Position numbers and translations under genes: made by a program. Positions 62,045 to 64,000 of a stretch of 64,000 bases of DNA are shown here, in pieces. The stretch covers positions 15,190,001 through 15,254,000 of the forward strand of contig OX597838.1 of NCBI GenBank assembly GCA_951406725.2, written 5' to 3'. The number at the start of each line of letters is the position of its first letter. Within the stretch, counting starts at the first letter, position 1. The DNA comes from Octopus vulgaris. Lineage: Eukaryota. Below the pieces are notes generated by a model. It worked only from the letters and a program-made list of their open reading frames with translations. It was not told where the DNA came from and did not search any database.

Positions 62045-62420
62045 TCATCATCATTCATCATTGTTCGACCGTGGTCAAGACAATGGAATTTACCATGCTA
62101 TGCCAGACTTCACGGTCCATCATGGCATTACGGAGGTCCTGTTGCTGGATGCCTGTATCCCTGGAGATTACATCAGGGCCGGAGAGTGTGCGCCCTCTGG
62201 TATTGCGAGTAGATGGCTTCCAGAGGAGAAGAGTAGAAATTACTTCTTTTTCAGCTCTACAACAATGTCCAGCAAACTGGACTCTCCTACCTTTCACAAG
62301 AGATGACACAGGTGGTAGTTTCCCATATATTTGCATTTTGGTTGGATGGCGCTTCCACGAGAGATTTTGAGCTCTCATAAGGAGGCAAGTATAGGTTCCA
62401 TCCAACCGCCTCTCAAGTGT
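62045..62420 (-). mobile_element. RTE-type LINE 3' fragment with (GAT)n tail; shorter + strand copy at 42519-42716
   Basis: LLMRAQNLSWKRHPT...RRVQFAGHCCR...LLLWKP...AMMDREVW is typical of an RTE ORF end. Confidence 0.85.
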
Positions 62421-62489
62421 CCTAATATAGCCCTAGGATAACGAAAGCTTTGTAAGTGAATTGCAAGAGAGAATACTACGTTGGTATGG

Positions 62490-62670
62490 TCATGGGATGC
62501 GTATGAACAAGGACAGCTGCATGAAAAAGTGCCCTTCTCTAACTGTAGCGGGAACCCATGGAAGAGATAGACCTAGGAAGACATGCGACGAAGTGGTGAA
62601 GCATATTCTTTGAATGTAGGGCCTCACGGAAATAAGGACAAGTAACCGAAACCTTTGGCGGTATGCCGTG
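62490..62670 (+). mobile_element. RTE-type LINE C-terminal relic (different family)
   Basis: HGMRMNKDSCMKKC...GRDRPRKTCDEVV resembles the GRGRPRKTW motif. Confidence 0.7.
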
Positions 62671-62868
62671 TGATTGCACTTATATATATGAACTAACAAC
62701 AAATTCTACAATGTGATAGTCAGATCTGGTAGAAATAGCATTGAGGCTTTCGGGCTGATCGGTTGCTCTTGTTGTTGTTGTTGCTGTTGTTGTTGTTGTT
62801 GTTGTCGTCGTTGTCGTCGTTGTCGCTGTTGTTGTTGTTATAGTAACCTTACATGTCTTCCATTCCAG

Positions 62869-62925
62869 GCTGTTATGGCTCTGAAAACTTCACAACATCT
62901 TCTGCTGCGGGTTAGAAAAGGAGTC
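62869..62925 (+). CDS. USH1C: Harmonin-like exon 11 (AVMALKTSQHLLLRVRKGV), end of PDZ2; the gene continues beyond the window
   Basis: Acceptor cttccattccag, donor GTAAGT, 57 nt, phase 0 to 0. Matches AVNVLKSSRSLTISIVAAA. Confidence 0.92.
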
Positions 62926-62973
62926 GTAAGTATTCTTTATGTTTTACTTCAAACACATGCACTCACATAGAAA

Positions 62974-63016
<43 letters not shown>

Positions 63017-63768
63017 TATATATATGTATATGTATATATGTATATGTATGTCTATGTGTGTGTGTCTGTAGTTTTTTTTACTTATTATATATTGACTGTT
63101 CATTTTTATACCAAGAGGTAATATTTAACCCCACTTAAACATGGATGCTCTGTTGGAACAAACTATACTGTGGTAGATTCCATGAGAGAAACTCTTATAT
63201 CGGCCTTTGGTGCCAAATGCACACTTGTTTATATTGCTAGCAGGGAGATAAATCCTGACCAACTCCAGCACTGAGGCCACCAGATCACATGATTTCAACC
63301 TTCCTTGGTCTCATCGGTGATGGTTGCTCAACTGCTAGAGATAGCAGCAACTCATCTCGCTGTCAGTGATATATAGTATAACGGTATCTGAACACGCACT
63401 GGTGTCACAATTTACCAGTGAGCTTGTTAGAAAATATATATTAGTAGCAGAGGTAATAGAGAGAGGTAATATTTAACCCCATTTAAATGTGGATGTTCTG
63501 TGAAAACGAACTATGCTATGGGAGATACCATGAGAGGAACTCTCATATTGGATTTTGGTGCAAAATGCACTCTTGTTTATAGCACTAGCAGGGAGATACA
63601 TATAGGCACAAACATAGCTGTATGTCTGAGAAGTTTACTTCCCAATCACATGGTCTGGAGTTCAGTCACACAGCATAGCAACTAGGACAAGTGCCTTTTA
63701 CTATAGTTCCTGGGCCTACCAAAGCCACATGAGTGGATTTGGTAAATGAAAACTGAAAGAAGCCCATA

Positions 63769-63814
63769 GTGTGTGTGTGTATGTGTTTGTGTGTGTGTTT
63801 GTGTGTGTATGTGC

Positions 63815-63881
<67 letters not shown>

Positions 63882-63906
63882 TGTGTGTGTTTGTGTGTGT
63901 ATGTGC

Positions 63907-63963
<57 letters not shown>

Positions 63964-64000
63964 TGTGTGTTTGTGCTGTGTGTGTGTGTGTGTGTGTGTG
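63769..64000. repeat. (GT)n tract running to the window end
   Basis: Direct inspection; it follows a diverged SINE A head. Confidence 0.95.

Overview
Animal genomic DNA that is AT-rich and saturated with microsatellites and SINEs. The repeat families point to an octopus or other coleoid cephalopod (inference). Almost all ORFs in the supplied track are artefacts of simple repeats and SINEs. One real protein-coding gene can be rebuilt on the + strand: a harmonin (USH1C)-like gene. It has 11 small GT-AG exons between 14369 and 62925 that join in frame into 840 nt / 280 aa (harmonin N-domain, PDZ1, PDZ2), and it continues past the window end. The rest is transposon debris: tRNA-derived SINEs, RTE and CR1 LINE 3' ends, mariner, hAT, piggyBac-type MITEs, non-autonomous Helitrons and foldback elements. 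The most unusual signal is at the RNA level. Several short modules, mostly embedded in (TA)n tracts, carry hammerhead ribozyme cores. Some are conventional minimal type I motifs (9420, 9702, plus decayed copies). One repeat family (fullest copy 17838-18075, sense to harmonin intron 1) has the three hammerhead strands in reversed, non-circularly permuted order. All structure calls were made by eye and none has been tested.
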